DNA of 20,000 bases. Origin: Catajapyx aquilonaris. Taxonomy: Eukaryota. Position 1 is the stretch's first letter; every line of letters starts with the position of its first letter. The position numbers were made by a program, and so were the translations under genes. The DNA lies in NCBI GenBank assembly GCA_000934665.2, contig KZ538407.1, positions 53,679 through 73,678 of the forward strand, written 5' to 3'. Below are positions 1 to 9,810 of the stretch, one piece after another. The notes beneath the pieces are model-generated. The model made no database searches and was not told where the DNA came from. It saw only the letters and a program-made list of their open reading frames with translations.

Positions 1-238
1 ATATTGTTTGGGGCCGAATATACATTCTTGCTTTCGCTCGGCGATGACATCGATGCAACATCGCCGATCAAATCGCTCGCATGAGCCATGATACACGGAC
101 TACCCTTAGTGAATAACCCCTCGGTACAACAGTGCTAGGGGTAGAATTTTCGTATCACCACTCTTGGTATCACTGATGGTTACTGCTAACTTAGCAGTGC
201 CAGTGTTGCCAATGGTACTGCTAGGTACTAGCAGTGGG

Positions 239-466
239 TAGGGCTGTGCGATATCTGAAATTGCATATCGACTTGCAATATTCATAAAATATCGCATCGT
301 AGTCTATATATCGAAAATCGGAAAACCGACATCGGACCGACATCGAACAATATCGAAAACCGACATCGCGATATTCGATACAACGCACATGCCAAGCGTC
401 GGATATCGCAACTTCGATATTAGGAAAATATCGACAGTCGATGTATCAAAATATCGCACAGCCCGA
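239..466. mobile_element. MITE-like non-autonomous DNA element with terminal inverted repeats
   Basis: GGGCTGTGCGATAT (241-254) is the exact reverse complement of ATATCGCACAGCCC (451-464). The interior is packed with ATATCG/CGATAT motifs and has no coding capacity. No clean target-site duplication (CAGTGGG occurs on both sides but is offset on the right). Confidence 0.75.
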
Positions 467-518
467 GTCTCAGTGGGACGAAAATTCCATGCAAGCCTTT
501 TAAAGTCCGCTAAACCGA

Positions 519-529
519 GCGCATGCGCA
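519..529. promoter_or_regulatory. NRF1/Erect-wing-like palindromic site GCGCATGCGCA
   Basis: Matches the known NRF1/EWG consensus, about 840 bp upstream of the candidate ATG in a CpG-rich stretch. Motif match only. Confidence 0.3.
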
Positions 530-693
530 TCGGGGGACGTGATAGGAGGGAAGAGCTGGGTGGAGGCGAGTCTGAACGTCGCATCAGAACTGGAGGCGCC
601 ACGATCAGCTTGCTACAAAAGAGCGAACCAAAGTGATGAATTCTTGTGCCGCCATCAGCTCGCGGCGCCACCGGCAATGTGGAGAGACGGGTG

Positions 694-789
694 GCGCCAT
701 CTGTGTGATGCAAATGCAACTATATACACGATGTGAGCGCCATCTATGTTGTGCATATGCTACCAAGTGATATGTAGGCGCCATCTATG
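694..789 (-). promoter_or_regulatory. Three CTCF-core-like motifs (CAYAGATGGCGC on the - strand)
   Basis: GCGCCATCTRTG at 694-705, 737-748 and 778-789, all in the same orientation. Resembles the CTCF core AGRKGGCGC. Confidence 0.4.
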
Positions 790-923
790 CGACGTGTGCG
801 GTAGCACGTTGTGTATAGGCGGGCTGTTTGAGTGATTACAAAGTGTTGGTGTGACTATCCCCGGCTGTGTAGAGGCGCCGGGTGTGTGTGCGTGGCTGGG
901 TACGAGCTTGGTTGGGGGAGGCA

Positions 924-924
924 G

Positions 925-964
<40 letters not shown>
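924..964 (+). repeat. (GCAG)n tetranucleotide microsatellite, about 10 copies
   Basis: Directly visible; it explains the RQAG/PACL repeats in the overlapping ORFs. Confidence 0.95.
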
Positions 965-966
<2 letters not shown>

Positions 967-1002
967 TGGAGAGAGTGGAGGGTGGGCCATTGGCTTTTGT
1001 GC

Positions 1003-1021
1003 TCTCTCTCTCTCTCTCTCC
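1003..1021 (+). repeat. (CT)n microsatellite at the start of a long pyrimidine tract
   Basis: ctctctctctctctctctc, followed by C/T-rich sequence up to a candidate acceptor at 1115. Confidence 0.9.
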
Positions 1022-1359
1022 CCCTCTCTTCGGTCCCTCTCCTCCTCTTTCCTCCTCCTGTGTGCTGCTTCCCCCATCCGCCATTACAGTGTCTGTCTGC
1101 TCTGCCTCCTGTCAGGTTCTCTCCTTTGGGCTCTGGACCGGGAGGAAACATCATCACCGAGGAGGAGGAGGACAACCAAGTGTGTGCCGGGTGCTGCTGT
1201 CTTTTGGTGTTGTCTGTTGGGGGTGGAGGTGGGGGTTGTGGGCTGGCCCAGGGGCTGGCCCCCGGGCTAAAAGGGGGGTGGGGAAGTGGGGGCGGGCCGG
1301 GAGTGTGCGCGCCCCGGGGGGGTGCTGACTGCCTGGGAGACTTCAACGCCGGACGGACC

Positions 1360-1380
1360 ATGGGCCGCCCCAGGGCTCCA
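1360..1380 (+). CDS. Candidate first coding exon segment (MGRPRAP) of an unidentified multi-exon gene
   Basis: Strong Kozak context ACCATGG at 1357-1363 and perfect donor GTAAGT at 1381, phase 0. Upstream acceptor ctgcctcctgtcag ends at 1115 and there is no other ATG in 1116-1359. The frame is also open upstream, so the exon could be internal. Confidence 0.6.
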
Positions 1381-1727
1381 GTAAGTACAACACATTGACC
1401 TTGGTACAGACGCCGGCGCTACAAAATTGGCATGTTTCAAACTAAGAGGGTATCCAACTATAGACAAAAAAAAATCCCACGAGTAGTAACGATTCGCTGG
1501 CATTTTAATTGGCGGATTTTCGGTCCTGTACTGGCCTGGTTTTTAGGCTCCCACCGCCCCTTCCACCCTGTTCCTCGCATTGTTTGCGTCACGATCGATG
1601 CGGTGCCCATCACCAGGTGATATGCAGATAGAGTCATATGTATCCAGATATTTGGGAATATTCGGGCTGTTGAAGAAACTATGCCATAATCACGTGCAAC
1701 TATGCACTTTGAAGTCGATTCAAATCG

Positions 1728-1927
1728 CCATGGTTGCCAACTTCTGAAGTACTGGGCACTTCAACTATACCCTGGTTCATAATATTCATACCCAATTGTG
1801 ACGAAAGAAGCATAGACACACCTGCCAATCGGGTGATTGCGGTCTGCAACTATTCATTTTGAAATGAGGCTCGCATAAGTAGCCAGTGTTGCCAATATCT
1901 GAAGTACCGAATACTTCAACTATACCC
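1728..1927 (+). repeat. Diverged direct repeat pair of about 45 bp (1728-1771 and 1883-1927) beginning with a hAT-like terminus CAGTGTTGCCA
   Basis: ccatggttgccaac-ttctgaagtactgggcacttcaactataccc versus ccagtgttgccaatatctgaagtaccgaatacttcaactataccc. Confidence 0.5.
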
Positions 1928-3157
1928 ACGCACTTTTTTTTCTCTTCCTCCTGGTTGAACAATTTGGAGTGATGTAGTACCATTTCAGTTATTTTCGGTT
2001 GTCACGACGGACTGGCACAATGATTTGTCAGTGTCGTTTTCCAATGCCTGACTAATTAAATGTACAGAGCGCACCCCCTGTGCGTACAGGGTCATACATC
2101 ATGCCCGTATACACAATTTTCAAAGACACAAAGTTGGGACCAAATGTTGCAGTGCGAGTCCGATTGTTTATTGCGCTAATCGGATTTTTAAAATGCATAT
2201 ACAGCACGTACGCATCGCATTTCATGGAGACAACAGATAATCTGAGATTAAATACTTTCGTGTCCCCGGAATTATACGCGTTTACCATGATTAACTCGGG
2301 CTCGCACAACTTTTTTGAAAACACAAAAACCGGATATTTTGGGGCCGGATTGCCAAGAGTTACACGCACATGAATATAAAAGTGGGGTTGGAGAGGGGGG
2401 GGGGCTTCGGTGATTAATGAGCAAAGTAATGAGAGTACCCACTGGTGTGGTCCATTGTGCTCCAGTAAATTGGAGGCTGGTGCAATTGTCACTCCGATAA
2501 CTGTGAAATTCGACACAATAGCAAATAATTATAGGTGACCGCAGTTTAAACCCCACGGGGAGGCTCCGGTTATTGTGTCCAGGGGCATACTCGCAGCATT
2601 AGCGTCCATGTCATCCGGATTTTACCTTTTTAAAAAAATTATTGTCCGATGTTCACGTGGTCCTTAAAGTGATTGTTGCGGAAATAATTCAAGCCTCTCC
2701 TGAGAGAACATTGGCATAAACATGTTGGGGGGGCCTGCCGGATCGAGTTTCCTCTGGCAAGCCTGTGCAAAGGGCTTATTGACAAAATAAAGAGGCGTGC
2801 TGTAACGTAAGTGATCTTGTTTCATGGTTATTACTGCAAGCAGGGGGCTGCAGGATGGGTGGGCGGAAAGGGGGCTACACAAAAGCAACAGCAACAAAAG
2901 CACCCCCACCCCCCTCGAACTAACAGCATATATGCCTCAATGATGTAGTGCGAGCCCCCCCCCCNCCCCCCCATTTCCGTATACAGAACTCGAAATGACC
3001 GAAATAGTCTCTTTCCAGCTCACAATGCAGGAAAATGCGCGGAAAATTGCGCCGGGAATTGCGAAAAATTGGATTTTCGCAAGCCTCACTTTGCCCAGTG
3101 CGCCTACCATTTTATTTTAACACGAATAGCAATAACAGCAACAATTAAAATGCACGT

Positions 3158-3711
3158 GTTGACGCCTTTGCGGAAGAAGCGGTGGTGGATTAATCACTCC
3201 GGTCGCGCATGCGCACACTAGGAATGTGGGAATGCGCATGTCTGCCGTCAGATGCGAGAGGACCGTAACTCAATTTATCCACTTCCCTTGCGGCGAGAAA
3301 AGAAAGCAAGTGTTACCGAAAGCATCCAAGAGGTGGCGTTGGGGGAAGGGGGGAAAAGGAACGGCATCCCAACTCCACCTGTTGGGTGCTTTTGGTACCA
3401 CTGCTTTTTTTTTTCTCGCCGCAAGGGGAAGTGGACATTGAGTTACGGTCTTCTCATATCTGACGGCAGAGATGTAAGAAGACCGTAACTCAAAAAGCTA
3501 GTAAGGGTGAAAGTTGCATGCACGCCCTGCACTAATCCCCTCTGAGTCAGGAGGGATTAGTCCAGGACATTGCATGCGACTTTCACCCTTATTGGTTTTT
3601 GAGTTACGGTCTTCTTATACATCTGACGGCAGATGTGCTAACTGGAATCGGCCGGTATGCGCATGCGCCGACTGGAATGAGCAATCCATCAACTTTCCTT
3701 GAGGTGTCGAC
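3158..3711. mobile_element. Composite palindromic (fold-back/MITE-like) element: outer inverted repeat enclosing two tandem hairpins
   Basis: Outer IR 3186-3218/3655-3688, extending loosely to 3158/3711. Hairpin 1 spans 3241-3470 with arms of about 100 bp. Hairpin 2 spans 3470-3633. Both share the terminal motif GAGTTACGGTCTTCT...ATCTGACGGCAGA. Confidence 0.8.
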
Positions 3712-4617
3712 TTACGAACTTTTCCACCATGTATAGGGGGCTACAGTGTGTGCTCCCCTTTCTTTTTCTCTCTACAAATAAACGGGAAGGAAAAAGGTCG
3801 ACTAAGCGGGGGCCATTTAAGCTTTGCATGCGAGTGATGGCAGAAGGGGGAAGGTATATATGTATGTATACAGCAGTATGCCATTGGAATTTTTCTTTGA
3901 GGTATAGGAGCCAGCGTTTAACAAAGAAAGGGGGGAAGTAGGAAGTGAAGCAGATTTTTGCAAGAAAGGAGTCAAAGTCCCCCCCCCCCCCTCCCCCTTC
4001 TCGTTTTTTTTTTTAGTTCTTTGGTTTTCAAAAGAAACAGGGGCAAAGGGCGGACAGAACTTTTCAAGTTGGCTCCTTTTTTTTCCGGTGCATGGAATCA
4101 CTGATGGATGGCAAAAAAAGAGAGAGAGAGATCCCCCGCCATTGCATTGCACTCATTTATTTACAGTCCGGGCACAAAAGTGAGCCGCTTGCTCTGCAGT
4201 AAGAACCTGAGGTAAAAAAAAGGTTTTTGTGTGCATAGTTAGCTATATACTATCTGTAAGGCATGAGCCATGCTGTGCCTCGCCTATTATTGCCCCCGTT
4301 TAAATTTCGCTGGCGGTCACATTAGGCCAGCTGGCGCTCCCAGTTAGTTACCCTAGGTCACGCGAAATTATCAGCTTCTCTCCCTTGCTCATAAAACCAG
4401 GCCTGCACAAGGATGGTATAGACACTCTTCTCAGCAGAAATAGAAACCCAAAGGGCTTGGATTTCCTTAGAGTTCATGCTGGCTGGCTGTGTATATGCGG
4501 GGCAGTGTGTGATTATAATAATTACACTTGCAGAGTACGCAGTGCTTGCAGGTGTTTGTGTGCTGGAAAAACAGTTCAGCCAAGCAAAATTTTGTGCGCC
4601 TAGTTTTGTACCTGCAG

Positions 4618-4643
4618 GTGTTTTTCGTGCAGCCATCCAGCAG
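4618..4643 (+). CDS. Candidate 26-nt exon (VFFVQPSS + AG)
   Basis: Acceptor ttttgtacctgcag and donor CAG|gtaatg. Phase 0 to 2, which matches both neighbouring candidate exons. Confidence 0.55.
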
Positions 4644-6009
4644 GTAATGTCCAGGAAATATACAACACTTTTGCCCCACATATACGTGGACTATATCCAG
4701 CAGAAGGATTGTCGACGGAATAAGAGTCGTTCCAAGTGCAGAATGATTAATTTGGCGAACAGCCTAATCAGCAAGTTCTCCTTTGCAAGTCCCTGAGTGT
4801 ATTTACGCGTTGCTTTTGAAGCCACTAATGAAGCTTACTTGCCATCATCGCCGGGGATCAATCCGTCATTCCTGCTGGGTGTTGTGTAGATCGATGGTGC
4901 TACTGCTGATGATGGGAGTCTGTACAGAGCTAGAGAGAACCAAACAACTACTAATTCATTCCAGCCTCCTTTTTTTTTGTAATATTGTCAAAAACAGCCG
5001 TTTATGCGCAGTGCACGAGCTTTTTCGATTACATGCGTGCTCCACCGGACATTACTTTTAGTTGCAGAATATTGCACATCGGGCTAACTAGCATTCCAAA
5101 TAATTATTCATTTCACGCCGCCGTACTGTGGGGGCCCCATCAGCAAATAAATTTCCGGTAGGTCGGGCACGGTTTGTATGCATGGTCGTCAACAATTTTG
5201 ATGTAGATTAATCCCAGGCCTATATGTGTGTATACTGTACACAGTCGCAAATTTTACAGCGCTCAAGCTGTCGTGTTGCTATACACAAGCAATGGCTATT
5301 TCGAGCATTATTCGACCTGGAAATTGAAACATCGTTGGGTGCCACAATGTATCGAGGCATAAAGAATTCCTCTCGGGAGAGGATTTCTATTCCACCTTGG
5401 CCCCTTCCAGATCACACACAAAAAAAAGGAGAAAAAAGGAAATCGCTTGGAGAGAATTTTTCCAAGGAGCAGACGATTTCCGCTTTGGTCCGCACCACAA
5501 TAAAATATCAAACTTGTATGCTTTGTGTCCCGTAATTCAAAGTAAATGTAGCGCGAAAAAAGTACAAAACGCGCCAAGAAAACGACGATATCTTTTCTCT
5601 GCGCGCTTCTTTTTGTTGTTGTTACCAGTTTCGCTTTCTTCTTTTTCTTCTTCTTCTTCATTCGCTTCCATTAGATTTATTTTTAAATGGGTCCTGTGGG
5701 GTTGGTGCTGCTGGGTTGGAAATGGAGCAGAAGAGGACCCAATTCCCAGAAGATTCTCCCACTATAGTTCCTCCCATTTTCACACGCAGTTGAGGGAAAT
5801 ATCAGGCCGCGCACTTTAGTGCGAATCTCCAAGATTAGTTTTTTTTTGTGGGGAGGGTCTCTTTCCCACTTTGCAATTTTGCACAGAATTGGCGTCTTGT
5901 CTTAAGCATCTGGGGGGAAAAAAAAATATCCGCACCATTGGTTTCTGGAGAAAAGATTCGGACAAACCAACTCTATAGCAATGTGAAGGCTGTTTGTTTA
6001 CATTTAGGT

Positions 6010-6212
6010 CACTACTAGTGAACCCGTTGCCAAAATTTGGCAAGACCAGTATGACCATGACATGCGATGGTCCACCGATTTACCACTTAGTGCTATTCGT
6101 AACGCACAGATGGCGCAGATGCACACTCCTGCCACCCTCAGGTCGTGGCAAGAGTCGGACAAATATCAGACGGAGAGAATAAGCCTTTTAGGAAAATTAT
6201 TTGTCCGAGACG
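6010..6212 (+). repeat. Dispersed repeat copy A (old, probably transposon-derived)
   Basis: Colinear blocks match the reverse complement of 9610-9810: actagtgaacccgttgcca/actagcgaactcgatgcca; tagtgctattcgtaacgcacagatggcgca/tagtactattcttaactcatagatggcgca; gtcggacaaatatcagacg/gtcggacaaacatcagacg. Confidence 0.7.
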
Positions 6213-6671
6213 TTCTTGTATAAAAAAATACACGTAACAGTAGGTTGATTAAGTGCGGCGTGATATCTCATGACAGGGTTGGATCATGGCATTTTGGGCG
6301 GTTTTGCTTACTTAACATCACATGTAGCGTGTTCGCACACATTACAGGGTGATCCATAAGGTTTGTGCAAATGCTGTGGGGGCCGTTGTAGGGCTGGTAT
6401 GGCAACGATTTATGTTCCCAGACGGCCTGTTCTTTACCTTTGCATAAGTGCGGGCGTGTAAGCAAAGGCGGAGAAAGGAAGTGTTGTCGGCGCCTATAAA
6501 TCCAGTGCATTACCCAGCCTCAAACTATTCTAGGTATTTTCCCTACTGGTTCTAACCCAAAGTACGAATGTGACTCCGGAGGCGGCCAAAGTCAGTCTGC
6601 TTTATTGCCTCATTAGTTTTGAGGAAGTCTCGTCGTGCGCACTAGGCCTCCCTATTAAGATTTTCCTTCAG

Positions 6672-6804
6672 GACGTTTGACAAGCCCAAAAACCGGCCAT
6701 TCATCACCATGGGGGCATTCCGGGGATACCTTCGGGTTTTCTGTCCGTCTGCATCGGAGGACTGCACACAGGACAAGACGGATGGCTGCTGCGTGGGAGA
6801 GGAG
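6672..6804 (+). CDS. Candidate 133-nt coding exon (R-TFDKPKNRPFITMGAFRGYLRVFCPSASEDCTQDKTDGCCVGEE)
   Basis: Strong acceptor attttccttcag; donor GAG|gtacac is weak. Phase 2 to 0, with a protein-like translation. The frame stays open to a stop at 6936, so a longer or terminal form is possible. Confidence 0.6.
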
Positions 6805-7414
6805 GTACACATGTTTCGAGACCGGAGTATTTTTTGGAGAATTCTTGTGATGGTGATTGATGCCACTCTGCTGCTGGGGGTGTTCCCCCTCAAAAAAATG
6901 GCTTGGGAAGCACTGAAGCGATTGGACACCCTGTAGCTGGCCAATAGACAGGAGGAGTCCATATGGGGAAAGCTTTCCTGTGTTCCTGTCGCCGGCTAAC
7001 ACAATCGGCGTCAGGAAAGCAAGCTGCGCCTCACATATTTCGTCCCGGATTCTTCTCTCTGTTGCGCTCCGGACTTTGTGCTCTCTTTTTCTTTCTCCGG
7101 GGTTTTTCCACGCCCCACCAAATCGAGTTAGACAAAACTAGTTCGTTTCTCCATTTGCACCTCGCAGCAAAGTGCGTCACTCTCACTTCACTATATTACA
7201 CGGCATCAAGTAAGAGCGGCAGGCAGTCTAGTAGACGCCCGCCGCCAGAAGCAGCAGACACTCTCATCCTAAATGCAATATCCTACTTCCCAATTGTGTC
7301 ATTCTCACCGTGTATATATACTCCACTCTAGAGGGGCTCTCCAAAGAACATTTCTAATTCAGGTACACGCCTTGTATATATACGCTGCTCTGTTGTTGTT
7401 TCGTTGCTTTCCAG

Positions 7415-7486
7415 GTAAATCCGAAGTGTTGCTGCTGGGAGAAAATACCTTGCCTGTTCGACTCTGTGGGGGAGCCCCCACAGCAG
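7415..7486 (+). CDS. Candidate 72-nt exon (VNPKCCCWEKIPCLFDSVGEPPQQ); 3' end uncertain
   Basis: Strong acceptor gttgtttcgttgctttccag. Competing donors at 7487 (gtagtg), 7490 (gtgagc), 7507 (gtaagt) and 7524 (gtaagc). Open in phase 0 after the 6672 exon. Confidence 0.5.
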
Positions 7487-8641
7487 GTAGTGAGCCTAAT
7501 TGGTTTGTAAGTTGGCGTGACAAGTAAGCAAATAGGTTGTGAGTCCCAAGAGGTGTATAGGGGGAGAGAAAAAAAAGGTCGACCAGATGTTTCCCCCGGA
7601 TTTATTCTTTTCAGTCGCGTCTGCTGCCCATAGGGGCCGCATTTATATCCCGAAAATGAGAATGCTTAGAACTTTCACCTCTGGACTGGACAAGAGTGGT
7701 GTTGGTTCCTTTTTGTCCATGGCAGCAAGCCCCGCTGGCAGCAGCTTCTTTTGAGCCATTGCATCCTATACACAACAGTATACAGCCCCCCACCCACCTT
7801 AAAAAAAAAACACACATCTCAAAAGGCTCTTCCAGGATTGCCGTCCCTATGCGCAGGTCCGGGCAGCGTAATGAATCCGGCGACATATAAAGCAGCTTTA
7901 GAATGTTGTTGTTGTTTTTTGGGAATATCGACCCTGTTCTTCTTTTGAAGCATCGATCAACATTCGAGCTATATATAAAAAAAAGTACGGGGAGTGATGA
8001 ATATTTGACCCGACGATACCTCCTGTTGTCAGGAGCCCCCGTTTTTGTGATGACGTGTAATACACCCGTGCTCTCTGGATGTGTACATAAAACGTGGCTT
8101 CGAAATGTAAGCTTGAAAAATGGATGCGCTTTTACTGTTCCGTCTGATGCTGTACATGGAGAGAGCACTTTCTCCAGGGAAGCGTAACCCTTGCAAAATT
8201 CATCGCGTAATAAGAAGCATGTGTGTGTGGCCAGTCATTTGCATTCCGAACATTTCATGCTCCCTTGCATAAGTCAGATCAAATTTGAAGCCGTCTCTTA
8301 TATAGTATATGGCTGCTAGGGAAGGCTGGATAAGTGCGCCAGTAAGCAAATTGGACGTGTGACGGACGGGACGTCGACAGATACTGTACTTAATTCGTGG
8401 AAGAATAATCTCTCCTGTCGTTATCCATTGCTGGCTGCTGCAGGGATGGCCTAACTCCTAGGAAAGGACCAGAATATCTGAAAGGTGCTGCCGCTGAAAA
8501 GAGAAAATAAGAGAGAGAGAAGTCTCCAATTTAAGCTGGAAGAGCTGGAGTTGACAGTGTAAAGCGATGTGGAACGAGCTCGGATTTGAAAAAAGCAGCG
8601 GTTGGTGCGCAACTCTGATCAAGAATCATTTTTGTTTGCAG

Positions 8642-8664
8642 GGAATGCACCGCGACCTGTACAG
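8642..8664 (+). CDS. Candidate 23-nt microexon (GMHRDLY+AG in phase 0; ECTATCT in phase 2)
   Basis: Acceptor catttttgtttgcag and donor CAG|gtgcgg. Open in all three frames. Confidence 0.4.
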
Positions 8665-9369
8665 GTGCGGCGATTGTCTAACTTTTGTGTGTGTGTGTAT
8701 GTTTCGTGAACTGTCGATGCAGCATCAACTCCAGCAGACTCTCCTAAATTGATTTTTGTCGCCCCCCCCTCCTCTTCCAACCCTGTGTGCTGGAGGCGAC
8801 ATAGCGAGAGATTGCCTGCGTGCCATTCGGCCGATGCTGCACTGCCAAGTGTTTACTGACGACCACCTTCTTCCGCCCAGAGAGGGGGAGGGACAACTTT
8901 TTAACCAACTGCAAAAATCCGTGGTGTACAGCAGAACTGAATGTTTGGTCCTGATATATAACTCTCTGGTTTAGGTTAGTCCGCATCACCTCTCCTGGGC
9001 TTGGATTTTGTTGTTCGCAGCCGAAATTTCCGGGTCCGCCATCCGAGCGAGCCCCTGCGGAATGAAATGGCATTCAGTTTGCATGAATTAGTGGCAGGCC
9101 AGAGACTCTGGCTGGCATGGCGGTGCTCTGCTCTTGCTCTGATGTAGAAGGGATTCCATCGAGGGAAAGGGGGGGGGGGTGTTCATATCGGGTCCTCCCC
9201 CACCACCACAAAATGTCCTGACAGACTTCATAAGCATTCTAAGAGGCTTCCCATTTAAAGGAAGTGCTCTTCAATTATGCCTGAATGCATAATTTTATTA
9301 GGGGGCATCAGCTAGACCTCTCTCTGTGTTTTGGCCCCACCTCGTCTACCGGGATCACTATGGAAGATA

Positions 9370-9516
9370 CACACCCTTCTTCGGGTAAAAGCTTTGCAAA
9401 CGACAGCGTATCATCCAGCAGCCAATGGCCTTGTAGAAAGGTTTAACCGTACTCTATGTGATATGCTAAGTCACTATGTAGACACAAATCACATGAACTG
9501 GGACAGGGAACTGGGA
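9370..9516 (+). mobile_element. Ty3/gypsy-type LTR retrotransposon integrase (rve core) fragment, truncated relic
   Basis: Translation LLRVKALQTTAYHPAANGLVERFNRTLCDMLSHYVDTNHMNWDREL carries the classic TxYHPxxNGxVERxNRTL motif with the catalytic Glu of the DDE triad. No flanking RT, RNase H or LTR is seen. Confidence 0.9.
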
Positions 9517-9609
9517 CTCCGGAGCATACAACTGTACTATAGGTTAACTCCACTATATGGATCACAAACCCGTTTTATAGAAACGGCCCGGAATTGCGAT
9601 TTAATATTG

Positions 9610-9810
9610 AAATCTCGTCCCAAAGAAAATTGCATCGTTTTGGAGCAGTTGGCGTCTGATGTTTGTCCGACCTGATAGTACAGCTATCTCTCGCATGGTG
9701 GCAGAGATGCGCCATCTATGAGTTAAGAATAGTACTATAAGTGGGTATAAATCGGTCTCATTAAAGTTGTTTGATTGTCACAAACGTGGCATCGAGTTCG
9801 CTAGTTATCT
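9610..9810 (-). repeat. Dispersed repeat copy B (inverted relative to 6010-6212)
   Basis: Same blocks as copy A; includes GCGCCATCTATG at 9709-9720. Confidence 0.7.

Noticed and set aside
760..1398. Stack of overlapping ORFs of 80-190 aa on both strands
   Set aside because: Produced by GC-rich, microsatellite-containing, stop-poor sequence. Only the segment bounded by splice signals is retained.
2955..2972. Ambiguous base n inside a C run (2965; similarly 11432 next to a G run)
   Set aside because: Homopolymer assembly uncertainty, not biology.
3607..3633. Resemblance of the element terminus (reverse strand CGTCAGATGTATAAGAAGAC) to the Tn5 mosaic end / Nextera adapter (CGTCAGATGTGTATAAGAGACAG)
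   Set aside because: The match needs two indels, and the motif occurs in four diverged copies integral to longer palindromic arms, which is not how adapter contamination looks. Probably coincidence.
4167..4211. Possible microexon after tttatttacag (donors at 4180, 4199 and 4212)
   Set aside because: Each option either shifts the frame or introduces a stop relative to the phase-consistent exon chain.
6709..6747. GAFRGYLRVFCP resembles the BBS9/PTHB1 N-terminal segment GSFxGYLRIFSP
   Set aside because: The similarity is short and the flanking residues do not follow BBS9 as I recall it; no gene symbol assigned.
9021..9147. Acceptor ttgttgttcgcag followed by a possible exon
   Set aside because: No convincing donor, and the frames reach stops. 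Cannot be supported without transcript data.
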